A stretch of 64,000 bases of DNA from Oikopleura dioica (taxonomy: Eukaryota > Animalia > Chordata). The notes below the pieces were generated by a model, which saw only the letters and a list, made by a program, of their open reading frames with translations, did not search any database and had not been told where the DNA came from. Location: positions 13,826,001-13,890,000 of the forward strand of contig OU015567.1 of assembly GCA_907165135.1 (NCBI GenBank), given 5' to 3'. Each line of letters starts with the position of its first letter. Position 1 is the first letter of the stretch. A program made the position numbers and the translations under genes. Below are positions 40,001 through 56,174 of the stretch, in pieces.

Positions 40001-40855
40001 TTTTTGACCCCTACACCCTTAATGGAGTAGCCCAGCTGGTTGAGCATATTGGTTATTCCTCGACTTCTTCCTCTTTCTCGACTAATCAAGGGGGTAAACA
40101 GAAACGACTGAATTCATAGAAGAGAAATTTGCACCCTTTTTATATCTCTCCGGATTAAAAATCGCTTCTTCTCTGTAAAATTGCAGATTTTCTGGGTGAC
40201 GAGCTGAAATCTGAAGAATAAAAAGGAGCACCAACAATTTCATCTTTGACAAAATGTTCAAACGATCTTGGGAGCCACTTCCTTTTATACCAAACTAGCT
40301 GAGCCGTTCCATTTTTAACTGAACCTCTGTCAATGATCATCGGTCTCTATTGAGCAAATGTCATTAGAATAACTGATTGGATTTTGAGCACTTGAAATCG
40401 GAGCTTTGAAAAAATGAGATGAGCTAATTTATCGCATTCACGGCGCCCATAGCGGAATATTTTCGCACGTGGTAAAACGTGCTCCAGTTTTTTCGCGTCC
40501 AAAATTCAAATATGGAAGATTTTTGAAACAATACCTATTTTTCTTGAAAAAACAGATAAGCCCTCTGTTTACGAGCATCTGTATAAAGAGGCACATTGTG
40601 GTGGTTGTGTTTTAATTTCGCCTGTCGCTGTGGTATTTCAATTTGGCCGCCCGGCGCAGATTGTGAACAGAGGACGCCCTTGATTTACCACGGGGCGGTC
40701 GCGCCACGAACCGGTATTCCGCTGCAATGCGTCCAAATTGCGACTTAATCGAATCCACAAAGAAACTCAAACGGAAAAGTTCAGGAACACTATCTGCACA
40801 ATGAACAACAACCGCAGCAAGAGAAAGAGTACAGAGACAAACGAAGAAGACGATC

Positions 40856-42913
40856 ATGAAGCACTGCACGTTTAAATTTATCAGCAATCTGAGCGTTTAT
40901 GGACTTGTTGCGGCGCTTTTTTATTTGTTTATTATTGGAACCTTAGGAGCAGGTATAAGAATAATTTTCATAAAAGCATGATTTTAAATTTCCAATCAAA
41001 AAATTCTTCTAAAAACTGATCAAAACTGAGCAAAAATCAAAGGAACCGTACATATTCGCTTCGATCCATCCTTCCAGCCTCGCAAAATCGTGAACTGCCA
41101 TCGCGATGACTTGATTTCTCCAACTGGCAAGCTCAAAACACCCCTTGACCACACTCTTGATGGAAAGCATCCATGGCACTTGGAGACGTATCCAGATATT
41201 CCGCAGCTCAATATTATCAAACTCCCTCTCGCAGCGAAGGAAGAGTTTATAAACTTTGAATTTTCTTCAATTAGAAAGAAGTGCTTCTGTTTTATAAACC
41301 GACTCTAGTTAAAGAAGACGCTGGAATTTAAACGTTTTCAAGAGCGCAAATTAGTACTTGAAAACGCTTGCTCGATGGCGCGCAGCCTCATTTTCACCAA
41401 AAATACGACGTTTGAAGAATTGAAAAGGCTGCAGCAGGCGACACTGACAGGCAAAATGAAGGATGAGGAAAGTTGCACGCCAGTTCTGCCGATTAAAAGT
41501 GCCAAGAACGAGAATTTTTACAGTGATCAATTCAAGTATTCGATGTGTTTACCACCTAAGGAAAGCTTCATATTTCGAAATTAAAAATAATAAAAGAAAT
41601 CTTCAAATTTAAAATAATGTCTTAGTGATTATTCTCGCTGATGCCCGAGGCTTAGTTTAATGCTGTTTCTAAAGCTTGTAATAGACTGGATGTACGAATT
41701 GGCAGCGTGGTCTTGTGGCTCTTCTCAAAAATGGCGAGAAAACTCCCGAAGACCTTACCGATTATGAAGTATTCAAATTTCTGCTCAATCACCTATAAAA
41801 ATGTCTCCTAGGTTTTCTACGACCTCGACCGTTTCAATTCGACCGACATGAAAAAAGAGCGCGCAACTCGTGGATCCTCCGAGGGCTACCTAACTTTAGT
41901 CAACACTCGCCATCCTCTAGCACGGTTACTTTCTGCTTGGCACGACAAATTTCGAAAAGGCCATCCTTGGATGAAATACATCGAAAAAATGTACGGGAAG
42001 ATTTTGAAAAAGCTAGAATTGCGAGACATGACGCTCGAGAAGTTTACGTACAGCTTTGAAGCTTTCATGGAACTAGGAACGGGCGCAAATCAAACTCCGT
42101 CTTGAACTAAGTCTTCTAAGCCACGCGTGAATTTTCCGTAACTTAGTGATTGAGCCTCTTACAAGCCGCAGCATCGAATCATGACTGGATGAGGGATCAG
42201 CATTGGCGCAGCATTTTTCATCACTGCACTCCTTGCGCCAACGAGTTCGACTTTATAGTCCGCCAAGAATCTGCTGCTGAAGACCAGGTGGGAGGGAATC
42301 GTTGTAAAAAATGCTAACGGAGGTCTTAGAGGTTTATACTCAAGGCGCTTGAAGTGGACAATATTACCCACATTCCGGGTGCGTATTACACTTCTCTCAC
42401 AAGCCGAAACTCGATCACGTTTTATTTCAAGGAAAGGTTCAAAGTATTTTTCAAACTGTCTTTTTCGATGTATATTTTATCATCAAGAGAATTTTCGGAG
42501 CAATACAGACATGAACTAGACCAATGGGTATTAGAAAATGTTAGATATATTTAAGGCTCATTTCATTACGTCGCAAGATAATAAAAAATCAGGCTTATAT
42601 AAAAAAAGATAACAATCGAACCCGTAAAATTTTTCACCATTTTGAAAATTGAACCACCTGAAAATGAACCATTCCTTCTCAAAATCGAACCATATAAAAG
42701 CACGTTCCAAGAGTCGTCCTCAAAGAAATCTATCGCAATTACTTCCTTGATTTCGCGATGTTCAACTACACCATCGACGAATTCTTAGAAGAAGCAGTCG
42801 ATGAAACTGGTCAAATTTCAGAGGTTGACAGAAAATGGGCCCGAGTACAGTTGAACGAGAATTTCATCGCCTGGGCACCTAATTTCAAAGAGTACACCTG
42901 CCAAGAAAACTAG
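40856..42913 (+). CDS. Carbohydrate sulfotransferase, HNK-1/C4ST (CHST8-14) family
   Basis: Type II anchor; 5'-PSB CLPPK/TGCTNW; 3'-PB RHPLARLLSAWHDKF; DQHW...CTPC; YFLDFAMFNY. Confidence 0.9.
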
Positions 42914-43055
42914 TTTTTGAGTCGTTGATCGACCTTTATTTCCAAACTGGGACATTCTTCAATAACGATATATGACGAAGCTTCAATCATTGTTTGTTCG
43001 AGCGCAACTACTACTACGATTATACTACGTATAATCTTTTTAATAAAAATAATTT

Positions 43056-44830
43056 CTATTGCAAGAACCTTTCTTTCGTCTTGTTAACACCAACGAGAAC
43101 GTCATTCTCCATCTTGAGCTCTTGAAGCTCTCCGCGTAATAAATGGAGTTCGACAGCCTTTTTTTTGAATCGAGTAGTGATCATATCGATTTCGTGATTT
43201 TTGAGACAGCGAAGCCTTCGAATTTTCGCCTCTGAAGATCTGTTGAGTTCATTCCGTTCGTCTGCCATACCAGATTTCTTAATAGTTTCTTGTGCTTCGT
43301 TCAGCTTTTCTTTTTCACCCTGCTGTTCTTCTCTGACGTGCTGTATCTGGTTTTTCAAGTTTTTGATGAAATTCGCATCAATCTTCTGGCGATTTATTGC
43401 TACTCTCGTGCATTCGTCTACTTGTCCCCTTAGACTTGAAATCTCTCTTTTTAGTTTCGTACTTTCTGGTTCCACAGATTGAATGTTTGTGTAAGCCATG
43501 GGACCAGGGAATCCAGGTCCTCCTGTAGGAGTCGCATATTCTCCATGCCAAGGAGTTGGAGCAGGTGGGAATAGAGAAGGAAAATTTCGTGAAAGATAAC
43601 TATCACCAGGATGTACAGGATGGCCTCCATATCTGTTTTGCTGGAATGTGCCATAATAATCTCTTATTGTTGGCTGTCAAAGCATTTCAAAAGTGACTCT
43701 GATATAAAATCTAGCCAGTTCCTTGGATGACTGTACCAGTCTGGAGGAGGTCTGTTGTAGCCACCTTCATATCCTTCGTATCCTCTTGGTGGCAATTGTT
43801 CTCTTATGTAAGGACCTCCATATTTCTCCTGGGAAGGACGACATCTTTCCATTGTGTAACCTCCATCTCCATACCTTCCCTGATCGAAGCCTCTATCGTA
43901 TCCTCCCCAGTTGTGATAGCCGCCATTCTCTTCGTTGTATGGCCGAGCATACGGATGATGACCGCCATAATACTGACGGTGATTCCAGTCCTGTGCGCGA
44001 CAGTGCTGCTGCCGTTCGCGCCTCTCTATTGCTTTCTCGATTCGGGATATAGATAGATTTTTTCGTGTCTCAACAGGACGACCAGCAACCTATATAAACA
44101 CAAGTTGTTCGCAATTATTCTTTTTTTCTCAATGACTGACCGTGTGCTCGTCGGAAACAATTCTGTCGACTGAATCATGATCTTGGAAAACGATGAAAGC
44201 TTCTCCCTTGTTTGCGAAGAGCTCCAACTCTTGAATGACCCCGTAGCTTCCAAAATATCGCCTGATTTCTGACTCCCTGAGATCGCCAATTGAGCCAATA
44301 TATAGTTTTGCAGTCGACACAGTAACAGCTGGATCCAGAGTCTCATTCCGTGAAAACGCTCGCTTTGGATGGAGTACGTGCCCGGCAACCTTTATGTGAC
44401 ATAAATTATGTCACATAAATTATGTGAAAGTTAAAAGTTTTAACTTAAAACTATGACTGCGGAGAAGTTCTCACCTTGTGAGGGCGATTATTCATTACTT
44501 CGTCGACAGCGGTGCCCATGGCGAAGGTAACAAATGCAAAACCCTTTGCATAATTTGTCCCGGGTACCTTTGGTACTACACAATCCACTATCTCTCCAAA
44601 CCTGGAGAAATAGCTCTTCAGCAATTCTGTAGCTACTGAGGTAGTTTCATTATCAAAAAGGGGGTCAGGATTTCACTCAGAAATCCTTACTGAAATTCGG
44701 ATGAAAGAGATAATTGTAATGCTTCTATTCCTGACTGCCTTTCAAAAGGCAAATTTCCAACGAAAATTTTTCTTGCTTGCTCAGGCTCATTGAATTCATC
44801 TTCGAGTATGTGGTACGAGCTCTGCGACAT
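43056..44830 (-). CDS. hnRNP A/Musashi-like protein with two RRMs, a G/Y-rich region and a C-terminal coiled coil
   Basis: RKIFVGNL (RNP2), KGFAFVTF (RNP1), KLYIGSI, KGEAFIVF; YGG repeats; coiled-coil ORF 43056-43499. Confidence 0.8.
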
Positions 44831-45265
44831 CTGAAAACAGAATGTCATCTACCAGGCCGACCGGTTTCGTAAGTTCGTGCCTAACTTCCAGCTCTACCTT
44901 TTTATCTCTGATTTTTTTTCTTTTTGACGCTCCAGAAGACTCTCGATATTCAGAGGAAATGAATCTCTAGATTGAACAGAAGTCCCGCTAATGAGAACCG
45001 AAGAAAGATTCTCCATGGAACTGGGCGCGTTCGAAGTCTAGAACCGTGCACATCTCTGATATCCTCATCGACATTTGCAAACTGCTGGTCTTGCTGATTC
45101 TTAGTTAATTGCTTCATTAAAAATGATAATAGCGAAAATGTATGATATACAGTCAAATATTTATTTAAAATAATAAATAAGTTATTTATAGCGAATAATC
45201 ATAAATTTATCATATGATTCGTTTGATATGATTAATCAGAGGGAAATTAAGATGGTCTCTTTTAT

Positions 45266-48200
45266 TCAGCAATCAGGGTCGTCTTCATCGCAATCGGGTT
45301 CAGCGATTCGGGGTAGACTGTAGTCAAAAACAATGGCACTAATTCGCCAGTTCTTTGCAACCATCATCGGTCCCAAATCAGACCAAACGCCCTCGTAATA
45401 CATGAAGACTTGGTCACTTACGGGGGCTGAAGTCGCATCGCTCACATCAACTCTTCCGCCGAAAGAAAAGACTCGATCGCCGCCGATTGTTGCTGAGGTC
45501 ATGTACGCCATTCCGAAGATTAAGTCCGTTGTCGGGACGAAGCCGTCTTCCGATGTGAAGATCTCAGAAGACTTATTGTAATCCCAATCCAGGTCGGTGT
45601 ATTTTGTTCCACCAAAAGCGAGGAGGCCGTCGCGGTAATTAGCAATAGAAGCGTCGCGCCGGTATGTATTACTCTGATAGGGTGAAGTGACGACCTCGGT
45701 TCCATCGAATGTATCGCAGCCTCTGAAATTTAAATGTCAAAACTACTCCACGAAAAATAAAAAAGGCATTTATTCACTAAAAAGGTTTCTCACCGATATT
45801 CAGAGTCTGTGAAGCAAATATAAGCTTTTTCATTTCCATCTGCTTGGACAAGAGTACGAACTTCGGGACCGTACACTCCAATTTGTGTCTAAAATAGCTT
45901 ATTTGAAATAAAGTCATTTGCAATTTTTTACCTTGAGTTTCACTGGTAGTTCTTTCATTTCACAACCGTCTACGGAGTAGATGGCATAATGGGCTTTGAA
46001 ACCTCCGAAAACGTAGTATTCTCCATTGACTTTTCCGAGTTGAGTAGCAAAGAGCCGACCCATGTTTCCTTCGTCAGCTGGTGGTGGAGTACGGAAGTCA
46101 AGATCAACTTGTGTTCCATCACTTATATTAGAGTTTAATTCTATACAGTGGAACTATCAATCGATAAGTGACGGGTACTCGAAAAAATATGTGCAAAAAT
46201 GTGCATTCTTTTCTCTTCCTCATCATTATTCATTGTACCTGAAAAAAGTAGAAGCAATTCGCTGAAGCCATCCACCTTCCAGACCCCATTTATCATCAAT
46301 TTGGCTGAAAGCACCAACAGGGTCACTTGTTGTCTCAATGAGTCCACATTCGTCGACCATGCTGAACGGGAAGAGAAGTGGTCGCATCAGTTGTTTGTAG
46401 TCTCCAACATCTCCAACGACCCTTCCTTCGCCGAGACTTTCTCCATCCCAGTCAAATCGTTGAATTACACCGCTGTTTTGTCCGGAAGAGACGATGATAC
46501 TCGCGACGTTTTCAAGTGGTGTTGATGGAAACTTTTTCATTGAAAAGTTTTTGACGCGGTATTCTGAAGCTGGACTGTACCACGGATCACTAACCCAGAC
46601 ATAGAGAGGTTGATCAATCTCAATATCTGCAGTATTTTGATCGAATTCGGCCATGAGCACACCGTCTTTGAAGAGTTTTGAAGTTGTCTTCGTGTTATCG
46701 GTCTCGTGAGGACTTTGAGAGTACTTGAAGGTTGACCATCGCTGCATTTCTGAGCTATCAATATCGCTAACCTAAATACGTTAAGATTATTTTAAAGTCT
46801 CAAAAAAGCATCACGTCCGAATTATTCGAATGTTCCTACCATTGTCTTTGTGAAGTAGCCAGGGATACTTGAGAGCGATTGCACTGCGTTCATCTGAATC
46901 TGATACTGGTTGCTCTTGCGTTTATTCAGCCACATTCCAAAGAAGCGATCGCCGAAATTGCCCTGGCGACTTCCCGTTCCCATTCGGAAGATTTGGAAGT
47001 AGTCGCTATTAACACCAGGGGCAAAAGGGAACCAAACGTCGACCGTCACTTCGAAGTTGATCGTTGGATCATCAACGGTGGCGATGAGATTGTTGTCGGT
47101 TGGGGCGATCGGGCAGCTATCGACAAATGTTTGGCAGTTTTCAAATCCGTCGCATGGGTCGTAGCATGGTGGACGCTCGGGCATCTCGTGGATCGGACAG
47201 GAGTCCCAGACATGTACGGTTCTATCGAATCTGCATGAGAAATCGAGGGCGTAAGGGTATCCACAGGGAATGTCGTTCCACAAAAGATCAGTGTCGCTTG
47301 CAGTTGCGACGCAGTCTTCGTGTCCGCCAGCGTTATTCGGCTCTCCACGTCGCCATGAGAAAAAGGAAGCCTCTTCGCCAGTCCTTGTAGCCCAGCCGCT
47401 GGCAAGTTTGGTGTCTCGTACAAGTCCAATCATTTGTCTAGTTGTGACTTGAGAGTTGAACTCGTTAAGTTCTTTCTTGTTGTTGAAGAATGGAAGATAA
47501 CCGCCTGCTAGATTGCAGTATGCTTGAGCGTCCACGAATTCTGTCTCGCCGTAGGGAGCTTTTTTGAACGTCAGACACGCTTTTTCGTAGATTTGGCCAC
47601 TCTCGCAAACTGCATGGTACTTGTTGTTACAGTCTGTAGCGCCCTCATTGAGTCCGCTCACTCCGTTTCCGTTCTCGTTGATTTCAAACCAGGAGTTTTG
47701 GTACCAGCACTCACCCTCGTTTGCTTTCCAAGAGTCGAACCAGACGAATTTGTTGGTATACTCACTAGACATGATGCCTTCTTGCTGACCGAAGTTCGCG
47801 GGACTAGCAAGCCACATATCCTGGCTGAAACAGTAGGCTCGAGCTTGATCGTAGGTCATCAGGTCGTCAGAGAGATGGAAGGAAACGTCTTGGTCCCGGT
47901 TGATGTTCTTTCGCCCGATCGTGACGATGTCGGAGAGAGCTTGTCGGACCATCTCAAAAACATTTGCGTCTTCAACGCATGCGTATGACTATTTGGTTTA
48001 CCAAATCAGAAAATAATATTTTTATAAATTAATTTTCGGCCACCCGAAAATTAATCATCAAGCCTAATTATGATTCAGTAAAATCTATTTTTGGTAAAAC
48101 TTTCCTGGATCCATTGATCTAAGAGGTCACTAAGAGCTGCAATATTCGCGCTCGGGCTTGCTTTTCTGTCAAAAATAGCATCGAAGCTGACCGGTTCGTA

Positions 48201-48419
48201 AGTCGGGCTAGTCACTCCGGAGGCACAGATTCCGCTGCTTTGGTAGTATCTCGCGACTTCTCTAACTTCATCGTACTTTTTGATGAAGCGATTGGCGAGT
48301 CCATTCTTGGGAATCGACTCCCGAATTTGGTAAGCGAAGAGATTGCTCTCTCCCCAAAACTCAAGGGGGTCAGCGCTGCTGGATCCTGCAAAAATTGCCA
48401 AAAAAGGAGAAAGTTTCAT
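45266..48419 (-). CDS. Secreted multidomain protein: two C-type lectin domains, a beta-sandwich region and a Kelch-like propeller
   Basis: Signal MKLSPFLAIFAGSSSA; WRRGEPNNAGGHEDC...WNDIPC (EPN/WND); Kelch-like YVFGG, LLVGG and FSFGG repeats. Confidence 0.85.
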
Positions 48420-48745
48420 TTTTTAGTTATCCTGGTATCCAGTTAACTAGAATGAGAATTTTGCTGAGAACGCTCCTTTTTATAGGGAGGGTGCCACTGG
48501 GCGGTTCTTGCTGCTGCGGAGTTCCAAAACAACCACCATACAAGATTTATCGGCCAAGCGATTATAGAAATTACATGTTTCAGAATGCGCGTGATGCGGC
48601 CGCAGGTTTTTATACGAAATTTTGTGCTTTAGAAACACTCGTGGGATAAGATAATTATAATCTAATCTCTTGTCGTACGCTGGGACATGCAATCTGAGTC
48701 ATTTTTTCAAAGATAAGCGGACGAAAAAACTGGAAAGTTTAAGTA

Positions 48746-49144
48746 CAGTTTGTTGCCAAATTTCCGGAGTCCAAATTTCCGGACACTTTTCAGATTTTAA
48801 GGGGTTTTAGTGGGACACTAACAAATTGACGATGACCCAAATTTCCGGAATTTTTTTTCAAATTAAGAAAAAAAATTGACGGTAGCTCATATTTTTTCTT
48901 CGAAATAAGGTACAAGAGGTTTAATACATCGACTTTCTTGTGTTTATCCTTGAGTTCTCCTATCAAACCCACTTTGTCGTCGTCTTTTTTGCGCTTAGAC
49001 GACTTCTACACGGGTAAGTGACCATGTTTCGAAAAATTTTAAGGATGCTTGGTGGGACATTATTTTTTCATAGGAAGGCCAAATTTCCGGACATTTTTCG
49101 GAAATCTGGGGACAAAATTAGTCCGGAAATTTGGAAACATACTG
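48746..49144. mobile_element. Tc1/mariner-type MITE (399 bp)
   Basis: TA|CAGTTTGTTGCCAAATTTCCGGA ... TCCGGAAATTTGGAAACATACTG|TA; internal CCAAATTTCCGGA repeats. Confidence 0.85.
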
Positions 49145-49429
49145 TAATTTTACTACTTTCTTCGCTGCTTCTCGTTGGAAATCAAGAGGCTCCTGCACTA
49201 CACGGATACGAATAAGAACGCCTCATCGGGACCATCCTTATTTTTGAAGGCTTCAGAATGATTTGAATCTTGTTTTTTGAAAGGCTTGAACAGAGGAAGG
49301 CTCACGTGAGTGTGCGATAGAATACACAGTAATTTCAAGGGTTGAATTTTGAATTTTCGGAATAGAATAGAAAAGAAACGTTTTCCTTTGAGGAAGAAGA
49401 AGAGTTGAATGAACGTTTTTCGTTGAATT

Positions 49430-51630
<2,201 letters not shown>

Positions 51631-52364
51631 TTTCGCGTTTTTCTTTCTTTTCTCGCAATTTCAAGCCTTCTCGATGTTTTGTCCTTTTCACTTCATTTCT
51701 TAAAAACTTATTTAAAAACTCAAAAACGCCGCGCAAAAATAAGTCATGCGACAGAAGAAAATGAGGAGCACGTGACATTTCTCGCAAGAGGGACGAAATG
51801 ACGCAAGTTTTTAAATTGATAAAAAGAAGGAAATTTATTCTCAGGCCACATGTAACGTAATTGTCCTAGAAATAAACTTGTTTCATTTTGAAAATCTAAG
51901 AAGTTGGGAGGGGCAGAGGGCCAAATAGGCGGATAGACAAAGCACAAAAACAACAATGACAGTCAGATTGATTAGCACAGTGACTCATTTATTTTTCTTC
52001 ATGATCCGATAATTTTATCAATCATAGCACAGATTCAATCGGGTTATTTATTTAGAGACATGTTCTGAATAAATGAGTATTTTTAATACTCTTTTAAACA
52101 CTCGACATAACCTTGTAAATGATTCATTTTGTCATGAAAATATTACCTAAGGTATTACCTTAAAGTTTATTATCAATTTTTAATATTAAGGTTCATGCAA
52201 ACTAAAGTTGTTTAACTCAAACGGCACAGTGTTATGAGTCATTTTATAAAAAGTATTTTTTTCTCTTCGAATGTACTTGACGACGAACTGTAAATTGGAA
52301 GAAGAGTCACTTATTCTCGCATTTTTTCCTCAGAGTCATTCTTCAAAGTTGAGTGAGATTATCC

Positions 52365-52612
52365 TTTTTTCTGGCGCGCGTGCTGCGCTGCGCAAAGTGG
52401 GCGCTCAAAAACGCTGTTCGATTGGCCGCGCTCTCGCCGCGCCCTGATTGGCTGAATGGCGGCTCAGGGCGCCCGATTCGATTCTCTTGAGTGATTCCTC
52501 TTCACGCGCCAAGAAAGTAATCTAGAGAAGTCTTCTTTTATTACCGAGAAAGATACTGAATCGAACTGCGCCGCCTTTGATCATGCAATTACTGTAATTA
52601 CGCGCCAAGAGG
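52365..52612 (+). promoter_or_regulatory. GC-rich TFDP promoter with E2F-like sites and CCAAT boxes
   Basis: TTTTCTGGCGCG at ~52367; CGCGCCAAG at ~52505 and ~52601; ATTGG at ~52421 and ~52447. Confidence 0.55.
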
Positions 52613-52639
52613 AAGAATTTAGCAAAGAAGAAAGAAGGG

Positions 52640-54545
52640 ATGGAGCAATTTCAACTGAGCAATGGACAGGACAGGGGTTTTATTGATTCTTCCTTTGAGA
52701 AATCATTTTTTAATTTGTTTTAACTAATTCACTAGATATTTCATAAATCATTTGTGATTGAAGTATTCTCTATCCCATCACATACTGGTTTACTGTTTTA
52801 GACTCTAGGCACTCGTAAGATACAGTCGAATTGGCGTACCATTACATATGAGTTTTGAGCAGTAGACTTGAAAGCCATAATTGTAAGTTTGCAAAACTCC
52901 AATCAGGGAATCCGAGTTCTGAATTCCAACGGTCAGAATATCCAGATCATCCAGCAATCGGACGCATCTGGAGCTGTTTCGACTTCTCGACCAGCAACAA
53001 TCCAACAAGCCACTCTCAACGGACAGCCTGTTTTACTACAGGTACCAAAACTTTTCGGGAAGTGTTTATGTATTGTTAGATCGTGAACCAAGCTCCCGGA
53101 GAAAACCAGACCGTCACGGGCGGTCAAGTGATAAATGTCCCAGTTACGAGCAAGATCGAAACTCCGAAGAAACGCCCGTTGGAGGCCACTCTTGCTGTCG
53201 CTCCTACTGTACAATCTGTTCAGCCAGCGATTCAATCGCAAACACTCAATCGTCATGGAGGGCTAAATACATCTATAATGAGTCAGGGATCGAATGGTGG
53301 CAATGCCAGTTTTCACGATTTAAACGGGCCAGCTGCTAAGAGAGCCAGGCTCGCTCGCGGTGGTCTGAGAATATGTGCAAAAGTAAGCAACTTCCTTCAT
53401 TCAATCAGTCAATGGTCATGTGTTCTTTTAGGATGTGTGTGACAAAGTCTTTGAAAAAGGAAGGACGACGTATTTCGAAGTTGCAAATGAAATCGTCGGC
53501 GACTCGCTGGGAACTGGCGATGTCGACGAAAAGAATTTGAAGCGAAGAGTTTACGATGCTCTCAATGTTCTGATGGCACTGAATATTGTTCACAAAGAAA
53601 GAAACAAAGAAAAGACTATTTCGTGGGTCGGCTTGCCGACTTCTGGGAACAGCGAGCAGAAATCCCATGTAATACCAAAATTTTCTCTAAAAATCTATCC
53701 CGTTTTTAGCTTCAAACTGAGAAATTAACCCTCCAGCGACGTGTCAAACACAAAGAGGGTGTCCTCAGAGAATTGCTCCTCCAGCACGTTGCTTTCAAAA
53801 GGTTGCTAGAAAGAAATCGCAAGAATGAAGAAGAAAAAGAAAAGAAACATTCAAAGTAAGATTCTTCTTCACAAACTGATTCTTCACCATCACTTTTAAT
53901 TTTTAGGGCGGTTGTTCAACTACCATTCATCGTGGTGAACATGTCCCGTGAGACGAAAATCGACTGTTCGATTTCGGAAGATCAATTCGAGTATCACATC
54001 AAGTTCAATAAGTGTTTCGAACTTCATGACGAGCTGGAGATTCTCAAGGAATGGGGTTGTTTTCTTCCTTGATTCCAATTCCTCAATATTCATCAATTTA
54101 TCCATCGTTTTAAATAATCAAATTCACGCTCTTCGATAAGTAAAGGTCTATTAAGCTCGAGAAGCCGCTTGCGGCTTCGAGAAACGAACAAATTAGCCGC
54201 ATTTAGCGCGGCTTTTTCCCTCTTGCAACTGGAAGCTGTAAGATATTTTTTCTACCCCCGAATAAGCTCCTGGGCTTGGCAGATCCACAAAACGCCGAAT
54301 TGATGCTTCCAAAGAAACTGCGTCACTATTTATCAAACGAGCCTCAAATGGGCGGCTCAAGCGCGTTGAGCGCGTCAATGTCCTCCCGTCTCTCCTCGAA
54401 CCACTCGATCGCCGGATCAGACTCGACGACGATGAACTCGAGCAACAACGATCACCAAGTCGAGCTCGTCGAAATCTGCGAAATTCCCGAGATCGCGCAC
54501 GTGGTCAAAACTGAAACTGTCGAAACTTCCAGAAGTTCTGATTGA
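52640..54545 (+). CDS. TFDP: Transcription factor DP (E2F dimerisation partner)
   Basis: GLR...VCDKVFEKGRTTYFEVANE; DEKNLKRRVYDALNVLMALNI; ISWVGLP; AFKRLLERN; LPFIVVN; FELHDELEILK. Confidence 0.95.
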
Positions 54546-54955
54546 AAAGAATTTATTGATAATTTATTGAATCTTTTTTTTTATCTCCAATTAATTCCCT
54601 TGTACAAAATCCTCAAAAAAGCAAGTTGATTCAACTTTTAAAAACTACTGTTCTTCTTATTGACCTTTTTCCTCTTTTCTCTATTTTCCTATCTCGATTT
54701 CAATTCTCTACTCTCTCGTTAAAGCGCCTCTTTTCCCGTGTAAAATATTCTAATATTATATTTTGGTATCTACCACCTTCAGAAACCCAACCTGGCAATT
54801 GTGAATATTGATTTAAATCGGTTTTTTTCTGAAACAAGATGAAAAATAAACAAGTTCAAAAACTCCAACTTCTGCATCGATTTCTTTTTTTCTTATTTGG
54901 CAGAGCAGAAGACAAGAGAAAGCAATATTGTAGATTCTGCAAAAGCTAATTTTAA

Positions 54956-55643
54956 GGGATCCCCCCCTGTTTTTTCAACTCTTTATCAGGGGTCTCTTTA
55001 TAGCATATTTAGATTCCCCATGTTCTGGGGATCATTTTGATGTATCATACGTCCCCTTTACGAACATCTTCACCCGGAATTTTGGCCCTCGAAAGTAGTA
55101 AAAATGCATATAAATTGTACTTAGCGTGAAAATTGCAATTTTTTTCCACTTTTCAATGTCAACGAAAACAGACGAATAAGGGGTCTGTCGATAGCTTAGA
55201 ATGCAAGGAGAAAGAATATGATGACCGCACTAGAATTTTTGGCCATATATTGGCGCTAGAGAGCTAATTAAAGCCAGAAAAGGGCTAAAGTAGCATCAAA
55301 AAGTTCTTCTCAAGAAAATTTTTTTCTTACTAGACCAAAAAAGTTCTCTGTACTAGAGATTGTAGATTAGGCTCTATTCTATCAGAATCTTGTTTCAGAT
55401 TGCGTCTTTCTAAGCCAAATTTGGCTGAATTTCGATTCAAAAATGGCCTAAAATGGCGTTTTTACGAAAATTTCTAACTTTGGCCCCTCCTAGTGGTAGG
55501 TTTGCCTTGAGCAAAAAACTTCTCTGTACTAGAGAATAGCGGATAGCACCTGGGCTATCCGTAGAGCTATTATACGCCCAAATTCATCAGCCCGAATCGG
55601 CTGAATTTCCAGTTGAAAATGGCCAAAACGGGGGGGGGATCCC
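54956..55643. mobile_element. Kolobok-like non-autonomous element (688 bp)
   Basis: TTAA|GGGATCCCCCCC ... GGGGGGGATCCC|TTAA (RR...YY termini with a TTAA TSD); internal direct duplication of ~175-bp period at 55340-55630. Confidence 0.75.
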
Positions 55644-56174
55644 TTAATTTTCGATAATCAAGAGCCAAGTTGCGAGTTTTCAACATCATCGATTACAAAG
55701 GATTGCTTTTCAAATAAATTTTTGATGAAGAGCGCGGTGAAGGGATGATACTCGTAGTACACTCCCTAAACGACCAGAGCTTAACATCAGAAAAAAAAAT
55801 AAGAATAGAAGCATTCAATAATCGCCAGTGAACTCGGGGGCAAAAATAATTGATTTGTTTCAATTTGGCAAAAAAAGAACGCTTTTTGATTTAATATTCT
55901 ACCAAATAGCGTCCCCTTATTTCGATATTCGCGAATCTCCCTAACCCGGAAAATGAATAATTTGAAATTACCAATATTTGTGAAAATCTGTTTGCATAAA
56001 TACCAATAGTACTCAAGGAATTCAGCGCCAAACAGCATAAATTTTTTATCGCGCCATAATTCTTGATAATTGATTTTTTTTCCTTCCAAATTCAGAATGA
56101 GAGAAATTGGACAAAATCGGCCTCCATTATCATAGAAAAGTATCGAAGAAAGAGCGAAATCGAAGAACGAAAGA

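Noticed and set aside
44391-44447. TATGTGACATA-AAT-TATGTCACATA palindromic repeat
   Set aside because: Very short and intronic, with no TSD or second copy in the window; function cannot be supported.
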